DNA of 64,000 nt from Gammaproteobacteria bacterium (lineage in GTDB: Bacteria; Pseudomonadota; Gammaproteobacteria; CBDDKY01), in assembly GCA_965230455.1 (NCBI GenBank), contig CBDDKY010000003.1, positions 1,439,856 through 1,503,855 of the forward strand, written 5' to 3'. The translations under genes and the position numbers were made by a program. Positions within the stretch are counted from its first letter, which is position 1, and each line of letters starts with the position of its first letter. The notes under the pieces were generated by a model that saw nothing but the letters and a program-made list of their open reading frames with translations, was not told the origin of the DNA and ran no database searches. Shown piece after piece: positions 20,991 to 30,955 of the stretch.

Positions 20991-22253
20991 TTGGATAGCA
21001 TCCCGGTTAGTGTTTTATTTATTATTTTGGTAGCGCTCATTTTAATCAATGGTTTTTTTTCGGGTGCTGAAACAGGGATGATGTCACTGAATCGTTACCG
21101 TCTTAGGCATTTAGTGAAGAAAAAACATCGTGTGGCCAAACGGGTTGATGGGCTTTTGCAGCGACCTGATAGGCTGCTTGGGGTGATTCTCATTGGTAAT
21201 ACCTTTACCAATATTTTGGCATCGGCCATTGCAACATTGATTGCCATGCGTTTGTATGGAGATGTAGGGGTAGCAGTAGCCACTGTTTTGCTGACTTTCG
21301 TGGTATTAATCTTTTCTGAAGTCACTCCTAAAACCATTGCTGCCTATTACGCGATGCCATTTGCTTTTATTGTTTCTTGGCCTATTCAACTCCTGCTGAA
21401 TATTCTTTTTCCAGTGGTAATATTGGTTAATTTTATTGCCAATGGATTGGTGCGTCTATGTGGTTTAAAGCCAAAACGAGGGACGGCAGACCCATTAGAC
21501 CGCGAAGAGTTACGCACCGTGGTGACGGAAGCAAGCAGTCATATCCCTTTAGGCCATAGTGAAATGCTGCTTAGGATTTTGGATTTAGAAACCATTACGG
21601 TGGAGGATGTAATGATCCCACGTAATGAAATTGTAGGGATTGATTTGGGAGAGTCCTGGGGTTTATTGGCTAGGCAAATTCACCATTGCCGTCATAGTAG
21701 GCTGGTGGTGTATGAAGAGGGTATTGATAATATTTTGGGTATGTTGCCCATGAAACGTGCTGTTAATTTATTGGCTAATAATAAATTAAATAAAGAAAAC
21801 TTAAGAAAAAACCTTACCGAAAGCTATTTTATTCCCGAAGGCACGCCCTTGCATGTACAGTTAGTTAACTTTAAAGAGCAGCGAGTTCGCAGTGGTCTGG
21901 TGGTGGATGAATATGGCGATATTATTGGCCTGGTGACCCTAGAAGATATTCTCGAAGAAATTGTAGGGGAGTTTAGTATCAATTTAGCTAGCACCTCTCG
22001 TGATGTGCATGCCCAAAAAGACGGTAGCTTTTTAGTGGATGGTGGTGCTAATGTGCGTGAATTAAATCGTGTGATGGATTGGCATTTGCCTATCGATGGC
22101 CCTAAAACCTTAAGTGGATTGATTATTGAACGCTTGGAAATTATTCCCAATTACCCCACAGGACTACGCATTAATGGTTACCCGATAGAAGTGGTTAAAA
22201 CCCAGGGTAATACCATTAAGATTGCTCGGATTATTCCTGATAAGCGTCACTAA
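20991..22253 (+). CDS. corB: HlyC/CorC family (CNNM-CBS-CorC) transporter
   Basis: FFSGAETG, SEVTPKT, CBS pair, VDEYG, C-terminal CorC domain. Confidence 0.88.
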   Translation: MDSIPVSVLFIILVALILINGFFSGAETGMMSLNRYRLRHLVKKKHRVAKRVDGLLQRPDRLLGVILIGNTFTNILASAIATLIAMRLYGDVGVAVATVLLTFVVLIFSEVTPKTIAAYYAMPFAFIVSWPIQLLLNILFPVVILVNFIANGLVRLCGLKPKRGTADPLDREELRTVVTEASSHIPLGHSEMLLRILDLETITVEDVMIPRNEIVGIDLGESWGLLARQIHHCRHSRLVVYEEGIDNILGMLPMKRAVNLLANNKLNKENLRKNLTESYFIPEGTPLHVQLVNFKEQRVRSGLVVDEYGDIIGLVTLEDILEEIVGEFSINLASTSRDVHAQKDGSFLVDGGANVRELNRVMDWHLPIDGPKTLSGLIIERLEIIPNYPTGLRINGYPIEVVKTQGNTIKIARIIPDKRH

Positions 22254-22428
22254 CCTAGGCTCGACATAAGTAAGAAGGTGGTAAAACCCAGGGGAATCAA
22301 GGAGGACAAGGCGAAAGCTCAAAAAAACGCAATACTAGCACCGCTAATGCGAGTATTTTTTTGAGTTTTTAACGCCGTCCCCCTGGATTTATCGCAGGTT
22401 TTAGCCGTTCCTATGTCGAACTCAGGTT
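22252..22428. mobile_element. MITE family C
   Basis: AACCTAGGCTCGACATA ... TATGTCGAACTCAGGTT ends and an internal hairpin. Begins within the corB stop codon. Fragments at 37788-37811 and 40549-40586. Confidence 0.8.
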
Positions 22429-22437
22429 CACTAGGAG

Positions 22438-23049
22438 CTATTTTATCCCCATAAAGCCAGGGCCATTTGTGATATCAAAAGGCCTTGGGGTTTTATAGGT
22501 ATTTAGCTCAGTCTGTTTCTCATGCTGAGAAATATTATGGGAATTTTCAGGCAATTGGGTTGGAAGGAGGTTTTTTTCCAGCAGCTTGGTAATAAAACTA
22601 TCGAATTTCGCAGAACTAATTCCCTCAATTTTTAGGCTATTAGCTGTTTTTATTAGTTTGTCGCTGTTTATTTCAGTCCCCTGTAACAACTTGCTGATAG
22701 CTTGATGTAAGGTTTCAAGAACTTTTTGTTCATCGATGTTGGCAAACTCTGGCCCTATCAATAACAGGTTCCCTCTAGCCAAATCCACTGTAATGCTAAA
22801 TGCTGAGAAGGGATTGCTATATTGATAGAGGAAGTCGTTCGTTGCGTTTTCTTGCCAAGCAATATTATCTTCAAAAAAAGAGTTTATCTTTTTGCTTTCA
22901 AAGTCTTTTTTTGAGTTTTGGTCTTCCTGCTCATCGCTTCCACCGCCATGCCCGCGACAAAAAGGTAGTCCCAATACCCGGCAAATACCACAAGGGTTAT
23001 TATCAATGGCTTGTAATTCGGGCGCTTTCCGGTTATCTTCAGTATTCAT
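22438..23049 (-). CDS. Hypothetical protein with an N-terminal CxxC-x7-CxxH motif (effector-like)
   Basis: 203-aa ORF with PCGICRVLGLPFCRGHGGG; no family recognised. Confidence 0.7.
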   Translation of the reverse strand: MNTEDNRKAPELQAIDNNPCGICRVLGLPFCRGHGGGSDEQEDQNSKKDFESKKINSFFEDNIAWQENATNDFLYQYSNPFSAFSITVDLARGNLLLIGPEFANIDEQKVLETLHQAISKLLQGTEINSDKLIKTANSLKIEGISSAKFDSFITKLLEKNLLPTQLPENSHNISQHEKQTELNTYKTPRPFDITNGPGFMGIK

Positions 23050-23209
23050 TTTTTATAATGTTTTCCTATGGCATTAGTCGGGGCAAACGTTGTCCCAACG
23101 TGCCAGAAATAACCGATTTTTGCAACTGTTGCCTTGACACTGTTGTCTCGTTTATATTATTTGTTACTGATTTGATTGCCATTATTTTTTACAACAGAAG
23201 GAGTAAACC

Positions 23210-23539
23210 ATGCCATACGTTACCTGTTATTATACTAAAGATTTAAATTTTGCGGTAAAGCCTTTGTTACAGGCCATTGAATCTACTATTAATGCAATAG
23301 ATTCTAGTGCAGGCCTTTGTAAATCGCGGGCTTACCCTGCGCAAGACTACCTGCATCCCCATGTGTATTTAGAGGTTGCTGTGCTTAGAAAGCCACACCG
23401 CGATAAAGTGTTTATGGAAAATTTGGTCAATAAGCTTAAAGCCGTTGTAGAGGCAGACGTACCGGCGGGTTGTCATTATGCGCTTTCTTTGGATTTTGTC
23501 GGTGATTTTTATATTACTGAACAAAAAGCAACAAATTAG
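23210..23539 (+). CDS. Tautomerase-fold protein (5-carboxymethyl-2-hydroxymuconate isomerase-like)
   Basis: Pro-1 after Met (MPY), KSRA motif, 109 aa, AGGAG ribosome binding site. Confidence 0.7.
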   Translation: MPYVTCYYTKDLNFAVKPLLQAIESTINAIDSSAGLCKSRAYPAQDYLHPHVYLEVAVLRKPHRDKVFMENLVNKLKAVVEADVPAGCHYALSLDFVGDFYITEQKATN

Positions 23540-23700
23540 GGTCTGTTGACATTTCATTTTTGCAAGCGAAATTTGAAATAATGGAGGGCAAATTTGCGTT
23601 TATTTGAGGCCGCATAGTGAACTATGTAACGAAAATGAACTCGAATTTGCACCCGTTTTATTCAAATTGCAGCGTGAAAATGAATTGTTAACAGACCCTA
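23537..23700. mobile_element. MITE family A, copy 2
   Basis: TAGGGTCTGTTGACATTTCATTTT ... AAAATGAATTGTTAACAGACCCTA; starts at the upstream gene's TAG stop. Confidence 0.85.
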
Positions 23701-23754
23701 GTATAGATAGCCATATTTTTAATTTTTTAAAAACAAAGAGTTAGGTTTGCTTGC

Positions 23755-23831
23755 TTGAAAAACCTCAAAATCCGGAGTATACTCCGGGTATAATTGATTT
23801 TTACCGGAGTGTACTCCGGATTTTGAGGTTT
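23755..23831 (+). promoter_or_regulatory. Sigma70-like promoter within a long inverted repeat holding two 16-bp palindromes
   Basis: TTGAAA-N17-TATACT (23755-23783). Arms AAAACCTCAAAATCCGGAGTATACTCCGG and CCGGAGTGTACTCCGGATTTTGAGGTTTT. Confidence 0.7.
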
Positions 23832-23833
23832 TT

Positions 23834-25042
23834 ATGATCCATACACTGCAGCAAATTTATTTACGGTTGTTAAAGCAAGCGGAAACAACCCATTTTCGTT
23901 ATTTATTTGAAAGCTTTAACTTCAATAACCGTCTGATAGGCTTGGTTGGCCCTCGTGGAGTAGGGAAAACAACCATGCTATTGCAGTATATAAAGCTGAA
24001 TTTTCCTGACCCGGAGCAAGCCTTTTATTTCTCAGCGGATCATATATTTTTTAGAACGAATACCCTTTATGAATTTGTTGAGTCGCTACATTTAGAAAAG
24101 GGTATTGATTATTTTTTTATTGATGAAATTCATAAATACGTCCATTGGGATCAAGAATTAAAAAACTTGTATGACAGTTTCCCTGAGATAAAAATTGCTT
24201 TTTCAGGGAGTTCCAGCTTAAATTTAGTCAAAGGCAGCTATGACTTAACCAGACGCGCAAAACTTTATAGATTGCATGGGTTATCTTTTAGGGAGTATTT
24301 AAACTTTTATCATGGGCACGATTTAAAGCCTTATGCATTATCCACGCTGGTGGAAAACTATGCCTTACTCAATGAAGAAATAGCTTCTATTAAGGGAGTA
24401 TTGGGTTTATATCATGAACACTTAAAAAGTGGCTTTTATCCTTTTTTTGTCGATGATCCCCTTTCTTATTATGAGAAGCTATTACTTACTATTGAAAAAA
24501 CAGTCTATGAAGATATTGCTAATTTCTATCATTTAAAAACCTCAAATTTAAGTTATTTTGAAAAAATATTAAATTACTTGGTATCTATTCCGCCAGGGAA
24601 AATCAGCGCCCATAACATTGGGAAAAATTTGAAAATTGATGAAAAGACAGTTGCCAATTACTTGAAAATTCTACATGAAGCCGGGCTGGTAGAAATGATT
24701 TTTCCAGCTGAAAGCGGAAATCTTCAATTAAGAAGGCCTGAGAAAGTATTCTTATATAATACCAATTTATACTACGCATTGTTAACTAAGCAAACAACGC
24801 CTGAAACGTTAGGTGCAATTAGAGAGCTAGCTTTTGTGCAAGCCACTAAAAATGCCGGGTTGCCTATAAGCCATAATAAGTCGAGCGACTATGAAATCGA
24901 TAATTTAATTTTTGAGATTGGTGGGAGCAGCAAAACTCGAAAGCAGCTTAAGGGTCTGCAAAATGGTATTTTAGTTAAAGATGATATGTTAATGGCAAGT
25001 CATCAATCAATTCCTCTTTATTATTTTGGTTTTTTATATTAG
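23834..25042 (+). CDS. AAA+ ATPase (AAA_14 / DUF4143 type)
   Basis: GPRGVGKTT Walker A, FIDEIHK Walker B, SGSSSL, LSFREYL, C-terminal D...FEIG. Confidence 0.85.
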   Translation: MIHTLQQIYLRLLKQAETTHFRYLFESFNFNNRLIGLVGPRGVGKTTMLLQYIKLNFPDPEQAFYFSADHIFFRTNTLYEFVESLHLEKGIDYFFIDEIHKYVHWDQELKNLYDSFPEIKIAFSGSSSLNLVKGSYDLTRRAKLYRLHGLSFREYLNFYHGHDLKPYALSTLVENYALLNEEIASIKGVLGLYHEHLKSGFYPFFVDDPLSYYEKLLLTIEKTVYEDIANFYHLKTSNLSYFEKILNYLVSIPPGKISAHNIGKNLKIDEKTVANYLKILHEAGLVEMIFPAESGNLQLRRPEKVFLYNTNLYYALLTKQTTPETLGAIRELAFVQATKNAGLPISHNKSSDYEIDNLIFEIGGSSKTRKQLKGLQNGILVKDDMLMASHQSIPLYYFGFLY

Positions 25043-25090
25043 GGCCTATTGGTTGAGGGTGGCGCAAACAGGCCTTAATAACTTAGCTGT

Positions 25091-25182
25091 CCTCGCTAAA
25101 ATGCTTTTTTAGCAGTTTGACGAGGCTGGCAGTTAGCCTTATTTCCTCGTCAAATTGTCATTTTAGTAGTTTGACGAGGAAA
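25091..25182. repeat. Two tandem related hairpins (REP-like)
   Basis: CCTCG...TTTGACGAGG, followed by TTTCCTCGTCAAA...TTTGACGAGGAAA. Confidence 0.6.
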
Positions 25183-25188
25183 CATAGT

Positions 25189-25406
25189 TATACCCAATTA
25201 ACCTGAAGATGCTTGGTTTTGATATTTTTTATTACTGAGCTTAATTTGAAGATTGAGCGTCCAGATAATGAGTAGATTTAACCGTTTTGACCGAAGATTG
25301 CCGGAGTAATAGCTATTCTATTGCGAGGACAAGCTGAGGGAAAAACGGCTAAAGATGCTCATTAGATGGAATGCTCAAACAAGCATCTTCAGGTTAATTG
25401 GGTATA
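25189..25406. mobile_element. ERIC-like MITE holding an unoccupied IS110 target
   Basis: 27-bp terminal inverted repeat TATACCCAATTAACCTGAAGATGCTTG; ATAGCTATTCTA in its central region at 25309-25320. Confidence 0.88.
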
Positions 25407-25443
25407 AATCAACACTACCTAACCGTTCGCAGTATAATACGCC

Positions 25444-25833
25444 CTAGGGTTTCTCCAAGATTAGTGCGGCCAAAACCTGGCGGCCCTCGCTGGCTAGCAC
25501 GGTGAAAGTGCGGCAGGCAGCGGCTGTGTCCATAATTTCCATACCTAATTGTTTCTTATAGAGTGGGGCCAGTAGGGCTTGTGGAGGAAACTGCAAACGC
25601 TCTCCTGTGCCTAATAGTATGATATCGGCAGAAATGGAGAGTAGTTGTTCTATGTGTGCAGTTTGTAGCTCATCGATGCTGCTAACAGGCCAATTTGGCA
25701 CAAGTTTATCAGGTGTAAGTAATAGGCTTTGTTGATAGGTCTCTTGGTTAATGGTTAAAATGCCGGGCTCATAGGCACGAATTTGATAGTTAGATTGATT
25801 TGAGTCTAGGTTTATTTCCACAGGATTAACCAT
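25444..25833 (-). CDS. Mth938-like domain protein (DUF498)
   Basis: IILLGTGERLQFP and MDTAAACRTF...LASEGRQV. Confidence 0.88.
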   Translation of the reverse strand: MVNPVEINLDSNQSNYQIRAYEPGILTINQETYQQSLLLTPDKLVPNWPVSSIDELQTAHIEQLLSISADIILLGTGERLQFPPQALLAPLYKKQLGMEIMDTAAACRTFTVLASEGRQVLAALILEKP

Positions 25834-25899
25834 TTACGTTATAAGGCCCATTATATTATCATAATCAGAATATACCGTCTCCGTTAGCAAGGAAAGCCC

Positions 25900-27066
25900 A
25901 TGACTGAATTCCCACGCATTAAGCGCCTACCACCCTATGTCTTTAACATTGTTAACGCATTAAAAGCCGAAGCGCGCCAGCGTGGTGAAGATATCATTGA
26001 TTTTGGTATGGGGAATCCAGACCAGGCTACACCTGCGCATATTGTGGATAAATTAATCGAAACGGTACAACGCCCAGACACTCATCGCTATTCTAATTCC
26101 CAGGGTATACCGCGGTTGCGCCGTGCCATCGCGCGTTGGTATCAACAGCGTTACGCTGTAGAGCTTGAGCAGGATAAAGAGGCGATTGTAACCATGGGTT
26201 CTAAAGAAGGTCTGGCTCATTTAGCCTTATCTATGGTGGGGCCTGGCGATGTGGTGTTGGTGCCCAGTCCTTCTTATCCCATTCATACTTATGGTTTTGT
26301 TATTGCTGGCGCCAACATTCGCCATGTGCCATTAACGCCAGATCATGACTTTTTTGCTTTATTGGAACAAACCATTAAAGATACTTGGCCGAAGCCTAAG
26401 GCGATGGTACTAAATTTTCCTGCTAACCCAACTACACAATGTGTAGATTTAGTTTTTTTTGAAAAGGTTGTGGCGATGGCTAAAGAGTACGGTATTTGGG
26501 TAATTCATGATTTAGCCTATGCCGATATTGTTTTTGATGGTTATCAAGCCCCCTCTATTTTGCAGGTGCCTGGGGCGAAGGAGATTGCGGTAGAGTCTTT
26601 TTCACTGTCAAAAAGTTATAATATGCCGGGCTGGCGTGTGGGCTTTATGTGTGGCAATGAAAAATTGATCGCAGCCCTGGCGCGCATGAAGTCTTACTTA
26701 GATTATGGTATGTTTACGCCGGTGCAAGTTTCTGCTATTCATGCCCTGGAAAGTGACCAAGCTTGTGTGCATGAGATTTGTGATAGATATCGTTTGCGTC
26801 GTGATGTGTTGTGCGAAGGGCTACAGCGTGCTGGTTGGCCAGTAGAAAAGCCCAAAGCCACCATGTTTGTTTGGGCTAAGATCCCTGAACCTTATAGACA
26901 TCTGGGCTCTTTGGAATTTTCCAAACGGTTGCTAACAGAAGCGAATGTTGCAGTTGCGCCCGGTATAGGGTTTGGTCGTTATGGTGATGAATTTGTACGT
27001 TTTGGGCTTATAGAAAATAAACAGCGTACACGACAGGCCATTAAAAATATACGTTACATATTGTGA
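25900..27066 (+). CDS. alaC: Alanine transaminase AlaC
   Basis: [34 protein letters not shown] (PLP lysine); upstream of hom. Confidence 0.92.
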   Translation: MTEFPRIKRLPPYVFNIVNALKAEARQRGEDIIDFGMGNPDQATPAHIVDKLIETVQRPDTHRYSNSQGIPRLRRAIARWYQQRYAVELEQDKEAIVTMGSKEGLAHLALSMVGPGDVVLVPSPSYPIHTYGFVIAGANIRHVPLTPDHDFFALLEQTIKDTWPKPKAMVLNFPANPTTQCVDLVFFEKVVAMAKEYGIWVIHDLAYADIVFDGYQAPSILQVPGAKEIAVESFSLSKSYNMPGWRVGFMCGNEKLIAALARMKSYLDYGMFTPVQVSAIHALESDQACVHEICDRYRLRRDVLCEGLQRAGWPVEKPKATMFVWAKIPEPYRHLGSLEFSKRLLTEANVAVAPGIGFGRYGDEFVRFGLIENKQRTRQAIKNIRYIL

Positions 27067-27083
27067 GGTATTGGGAGGGTAAA

Positions 27084-28403
27084 TTGAAAGCTATCAAGAT
27101 AGGCTTATTGGGCTTGGGCACCGTGGGTGGCGGTACGGTCAATGTATTGCGTCAAAATGGCGAAGAGATTGCCCGGCGGGTTGGTCGTCAATTGCAAGTG
27201 ACGCATGCCTTAGTAAAAAGCAAAGACAAAGCGCGGATTTGTGAGACGCAAGGTCTAACGTTAACAGAAGATCCTGCAGATATTGTGCGTAATCCAGACA
27301 TTGACATCGTGGTAGAGCTCATGGGGGGCACCGATGCAGCGAAGGATTGTGTGTTGCAAGCGATAACCAATGGCAAGCATATTATTACGGCTAATAAAGC
27401 CCTCATTGCAATGGAAGGCAATAATATTTTTCAGCAAGCCTCAGAAAAAGGACTTATGGTTGCTTTTGAAGCAGCAGTCGCCGGTGGTATTCCTGTGATT
27501 AAAACCATTCGTGAAGGTTTGGGGGGTAATCGTATCGAATGGCTGGCGGGAATTATTAATGGCACCAGCAATTTTATTTTGAGTGCAATGGAAACTCAGG
27601 GGCGCGATTTTGCTGAGGCATTGCAAGAAGCACAGCGGCTTGGTTATGCTGAAGAAGATCCGACCTTTGATGTGGAAGGTCACGATGTAGCTCATAAGCT
27701 AACAATTTTAGCGTCTATCGCCTATGGTATTCCCTTGCAATTTGATAAAGTCCATCGCGAGGGTATTGCACAAATCACCACAGAAGACATGCATTATGCC
27801 GACAAGTTGGGCTATCGTATTAAACATTTAGGGATAGCATCACAGCGCTCTTCAGGCCTAGCGTTGCGTGTGCACCCCACGTTGATCCCCAAACATTGCA
27901 TGATGGCCAATGTCAATGGTGTGATGAATGCTGTGTTGATTCAAGCTAATGCCTTAGGCCCTACGCTATTGTATGGTGCCGGTGCCGGTGCTCAACCTAC
28001 TGCCTCTGCTATCGTGGCAGATATTGTAGAAGTGGCACGGATGATGACGGTAAACCCGGAGCATCAAGTGCCGCATTTGGCTTTTCAGCGTGAGGCATTA
28101 TCCGAAGAGACAGTATTACCCATGGATGATGTGGAAACCTCCTATTATTTGCGTCTAAATGTGTCAGATAAAGCCGGGGTATTAGGCGAAATCACTAAAA
28201 TCTTAGGCGAACTTAATATCAGCATTGAAGCTATTTTACAAAAAGATAGCGGTGAAGGTGCGCAGTGTGTACCTGTTGTGATTTTAACTCACCGTGTTAT
28301 TGAAAAGAATATGAATGTCGCCATTGAACGTATGGAATCTTTAGCAGACGTTCATGAAAACGTTATCAGGATTCGTATGGAAACCTTGGATGCATCACTA
28401 TGA
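27084..28403 (+). CDS. hom: Homoserine dehydrogenase with C-terminal ACT domain
   Basis: GLGTVGGG, TANKAL, FEAAVAGGIP and NGTSNFIL. Start (TTG 27084) uncertain. Confidence 0.96.
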   Translation: MKAIKIGLLGLGTVGGGTVNVLRQNGEEIARRVGRQLQVTHALVKSKDKARICETQGLTLTEDPADIVRNPDIDIVVELMGGTDAAKDCVLQAITNGKHIITANKALIAMEGNNIFQQASEKGLMVAFEAAVAGGIPVIKTIREGLGGNRIEWLAGIINGTSNFILSAMETQGRDFAEALQEAQRLGYAEEDPTFDVEGHDVAHKLTILASIAYGIPLQFDKVHREGIAQITTEDMHYADKLGYRIKHLGIASQRSSGLALRVHPTLIPKHCMMANVNGVMNAVLIQANALGPTLLYGAGAGAQPTASAIVADIVEVARMMTVNPEHQVPHLAFQREALSEETVLPMDDVETSYYLRLNVSDKAGVLGEITKILGELNISIEAILQKDSGEGAQCVPVVILTHRVIEKNMNVAIERMESLADVHENVIRIRMETLDASL

Positions 28404-29458
28404 AATATGCAGGCTTAATTGAAAAGTATCATCATCGTCTATCTTTAGCTGAGGACATCAAGCCCATCAGCTTATGCGAAGGTAATACACCGCTTATTCC
28501 CTTGCGCCATATACCAGGATTGTTGGCAGAAAAGGTAAATATTTATGTAAAATACGAAGGCGTAAACCCTACTGGTTCCTTTAAAGACCGTGGTATGACC
28601 GTGGCGGTAACGCAAGCGGTACATGAAGGAGCAAAAGCGATTATTTGTGCTTCTACGGGCAATACCTCAGCGGCGGCTGCTGCTTATGCGGCACGTGCGG
28701 GAATTGATGCCTTCGTCCTCGTGCCTGATGGTAATATTGCTATGGGTAAATTAGCGCAAGCGATGATGCATGGTGCGCGTATTCTGCAGATAGCCGGTAA
28801 CTTCGATGAAGGCATGCAGCTGGTGAAAGAAATCAGTCAAAGCCTGCCCATTGCCTTGGTGAATTCCGTCAACCCTTATCGCTTGCAAGGACAAAAAACG
28901 GCAGCCTTTGAAATAGTGGAGGCACTGGGTGCGGCGCCTGATTTTCATGCCTTACCCGTGGGCAATGCCGGTAATATTTCAGCCTATTGGATGGGCTATG
29001 GTGAGGATGCGTCACGCTTTAATTGTCAAACACCTAAAATGCTAGGCTATCAAGCAGCTGGCGCGGCACCGTTTTTAGCAGGACAGCCTATAGCCCAACC
29101 AGAAACTGTAGCCACGGCTATTCGTATTGGTCATCCACAGTCTTGGGATAAAGCAGAAAATGCCGTGAGGCAATCACAGGGGTGGTTTGCTGCTTTTGAC
29201 GATTCAGTCATTTTGCAAGCCCAAAAATTATTGGCGGAACACGAAGGTGTTTTTTGTGAGCCGGCTTCAGCTATTTCCATTGCCGGTGTCATGCATGACG
29301 TTAATATTGGCAAAATACCCGCGGGCAGTACCATTGTCTGTACGCTAACAGGGCATGGGTTAAAAGATCCAGATATTGCCATGGGGCAGTGCGCAGCCCA
29401 ACCCATTAAAATACCGGCAACGCTGGATGCCGTTAAGCAGGTTATCGATAAACCTTAG
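28400..29458 (+). CDS. thrC: Threonine synthase
   Basis: NPTGSFKDRG, ASTGNTS and PVGNAGN. Confidence 0.96.
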   Translation: MKYAGLIEKYHHRLSLAEDIKPISLCEGNTPLIPLRHIPGLLAEKVNIYVKYEGVNPTGSFKDRGMTVAVTQAVHEGAKAIICASTGNTSAAAAAYAARAGIDAFVLVPDGNIAMGKLAQAMMHGARILQIAGNFDEGMQLVKEISQSLPIALVNSVNPYRLQGQKTAAFEIVEALGAAPDFHALPVGNAGNISAYWMGYGEDASRFNCQTPKMLGYQAAGAAPFLAGQPIAQPETVATAIRIGHPQSWDKAENAVRQSQGWFAAFDDSVILQAQKLLAEHEGVFCEPASAISIAGVMHDVNIGKIPAGSTIVCTLTGHGLKDPDIAMGQCAAQPIKIPATLDAVKQVIDKP

Positions 29459-29547
29459 GGCTTGTTGATAACCTACCATTCTTCGCAGTACAGCACTTTC
29501 TTAAAAAAAGCTCCACACGATTTGGGAGCAATTCCTAGCGGGAATCG

Positions 29548-30513
29548 CTAACGTTTTTTTAAATTACTCTCTAACGATAAGCTTTTTGTATAAAATTGAT
29601 ACTGATTTTTACCTGAATTTTTAGCTTTATACATGGCCATATCAGCATTCTTCGTTAGCTCCTCTAAATCTCTACCGAACTCAGGAAAGTTAGCAATGCC
29701 TATACTTGCCCCAATTTCAGCAGTATTTCCTTGTAAGTTATAGCTAGGAGTGATGATTTTTATTAATTTATCAGCAATAATACCTGCGTCACGAGAGTCT
29801 CTAATTTCAGTCAACATCAGAACAAATTCATCGCCACCGATCCTTGCTATATGATCTTCTGTTCTAACAGATTTTTTTATTCTATCTGCGACTTGTTTTA
29901 ATAGTAAGTCACCCGCTCCATGTCCTAAGGTATCATTAACATGTTTAAAGTTATCTAAATCTATTAATAATAGGGCTAATAAATGTTTATGTCTTATTGC
30001 CGATGATATAGATTTTTTAGCAAAGCTAGTAAAAGAGGCTCTATTGCATAACCCCGTTAACTGATCAAAGTAAGCAAGTTTTTCTAACGCACTATGCTTT
30101 TCTTGTAACTCTTTTGTTAATCTATCTTTTTCAACTGCATTCAAAATAGTCAGCCATAAACGTTCTAAAGACTCTTGAGATTTTACCAAATAATCATGGG
30201 CGCCATACTCAATAGCCTTTAGGGCTATTTTTGATAAACCTTCTCCGGTCAACATAATAATCGGTGGCTTAGCTTCTTTACTACAGTGAATCTTTGATAA
30301 AAACTCAATACCACTAAAATCTGGCAAATTATAATCTAATAAAATACAATCAGGTTGACAGGTCGCTATATTTTCCAATCCCATTTGAGCTGTATCCGCT
30401 TCAAAAATATCGGCCTCAAGTAGTTCTGCAGAATTAATATAGCGACGATATACGTTTCTATCAACATCATTATCATCAACAATGAGTATTCTTAAGTATT
30501 TCTTTTCCATCAT
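29548..30513 (-). CDS. REC-GGDEF response regulator / diguanylate cyclase (possibly truncated before an EAL domain)
   Basis: ILIVDD, LLDYNLP, DQLTGL, DLDNFK, RIGGDEF; ends NQYQFYTKSL... Confidence 0.9.
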   Translation of the reverse strand: MMEKKYLRILIVDDNDVDRNVYRRYINSAELLEADIFEADTAQMGLENIATCQPDCILLDYNLPDFSGIEFLSKIHCSKEAKPPIIMLTGEGLSKIALKAIEYGAHDYLVKSQESLERLWLTILNAVEKDRLTKELQEKHSALEKLAYFDQLTGLCNRASFTSFAKKSISSAIRHKHLLALLLIDLDNFKHVNDTLGHGAGDLLLKQVADRIKKSVRTEDHIARIGGDEFVLMLTEIRDSRDAGIIADKLIKIITPSYNLQGNTAEIGASIGIANFPEFGRDLEELTKNADMAMYKAKNSGKNQYQFYTKSLSLESNLKKR

Positions 30514-30523
30514 TAAATACCTG

Positions 30524-30952
30524 TCAACCTTTTGGCAAAACAACCACCTCAAACCAATAATCATTTAAGTGCTGTATTGCTTCTATAAATTTTCCTAGGT
30601 TAACAGGTTTTACCATGTAGCTATTAACTCCACTATCATGACACTTCTCGATATCATACTCATCACTAGACGTTGTTAACACTACAATAGGGATGCGCTT
30701 AAAACGATCGTCGCCCTTTAGCTTTTTCAAGACCTCTAAACCATCAGTTCCAGGCAAATTCAAGTCCAATAAAATAATGTTTGGAATAAAATTTAAAGAA
30801 TTTTTCTCAGAAAAGAAATAGTCTATTGCCTCTTCACCATCCCTACAGCGGATCAAAACATTTGCAAGCCCTGATTTTTTAAAGGCACGCTTTGTTGCTT
30901 CAAAATCTTCGTCACTATCTTCTACAACTAATATAATATGTTCTTTATCCAC
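30524..30952 (-). CDS. Single-domain response regulator (Rcp1-like)
   Basis: LVVEDS, LLDLNLP, VLTTS, NSYMVKP, YWF. Confidence 0.92.
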   Translation of the reverse strand: MDKEHIILVVEDSDEDFEATKRAFKKSGLANVLIRCRDGEEAIDYFFSEKNSLNFIPNIILLDLNLPGTDGLEVLKKLKGDDRFKRIPIVVLTTSSDEYDIEKCHDSGVNSYMVKPVNLGKFIEAIQHLNDYWFEVVVLPKG

Positions 30953-30955
30953 GGA

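Noticed and set aside
25091-25182. Possible CRISPR array
   Set aside because: Only two imperfect hairpin units, no regular spacers and no cas genes.
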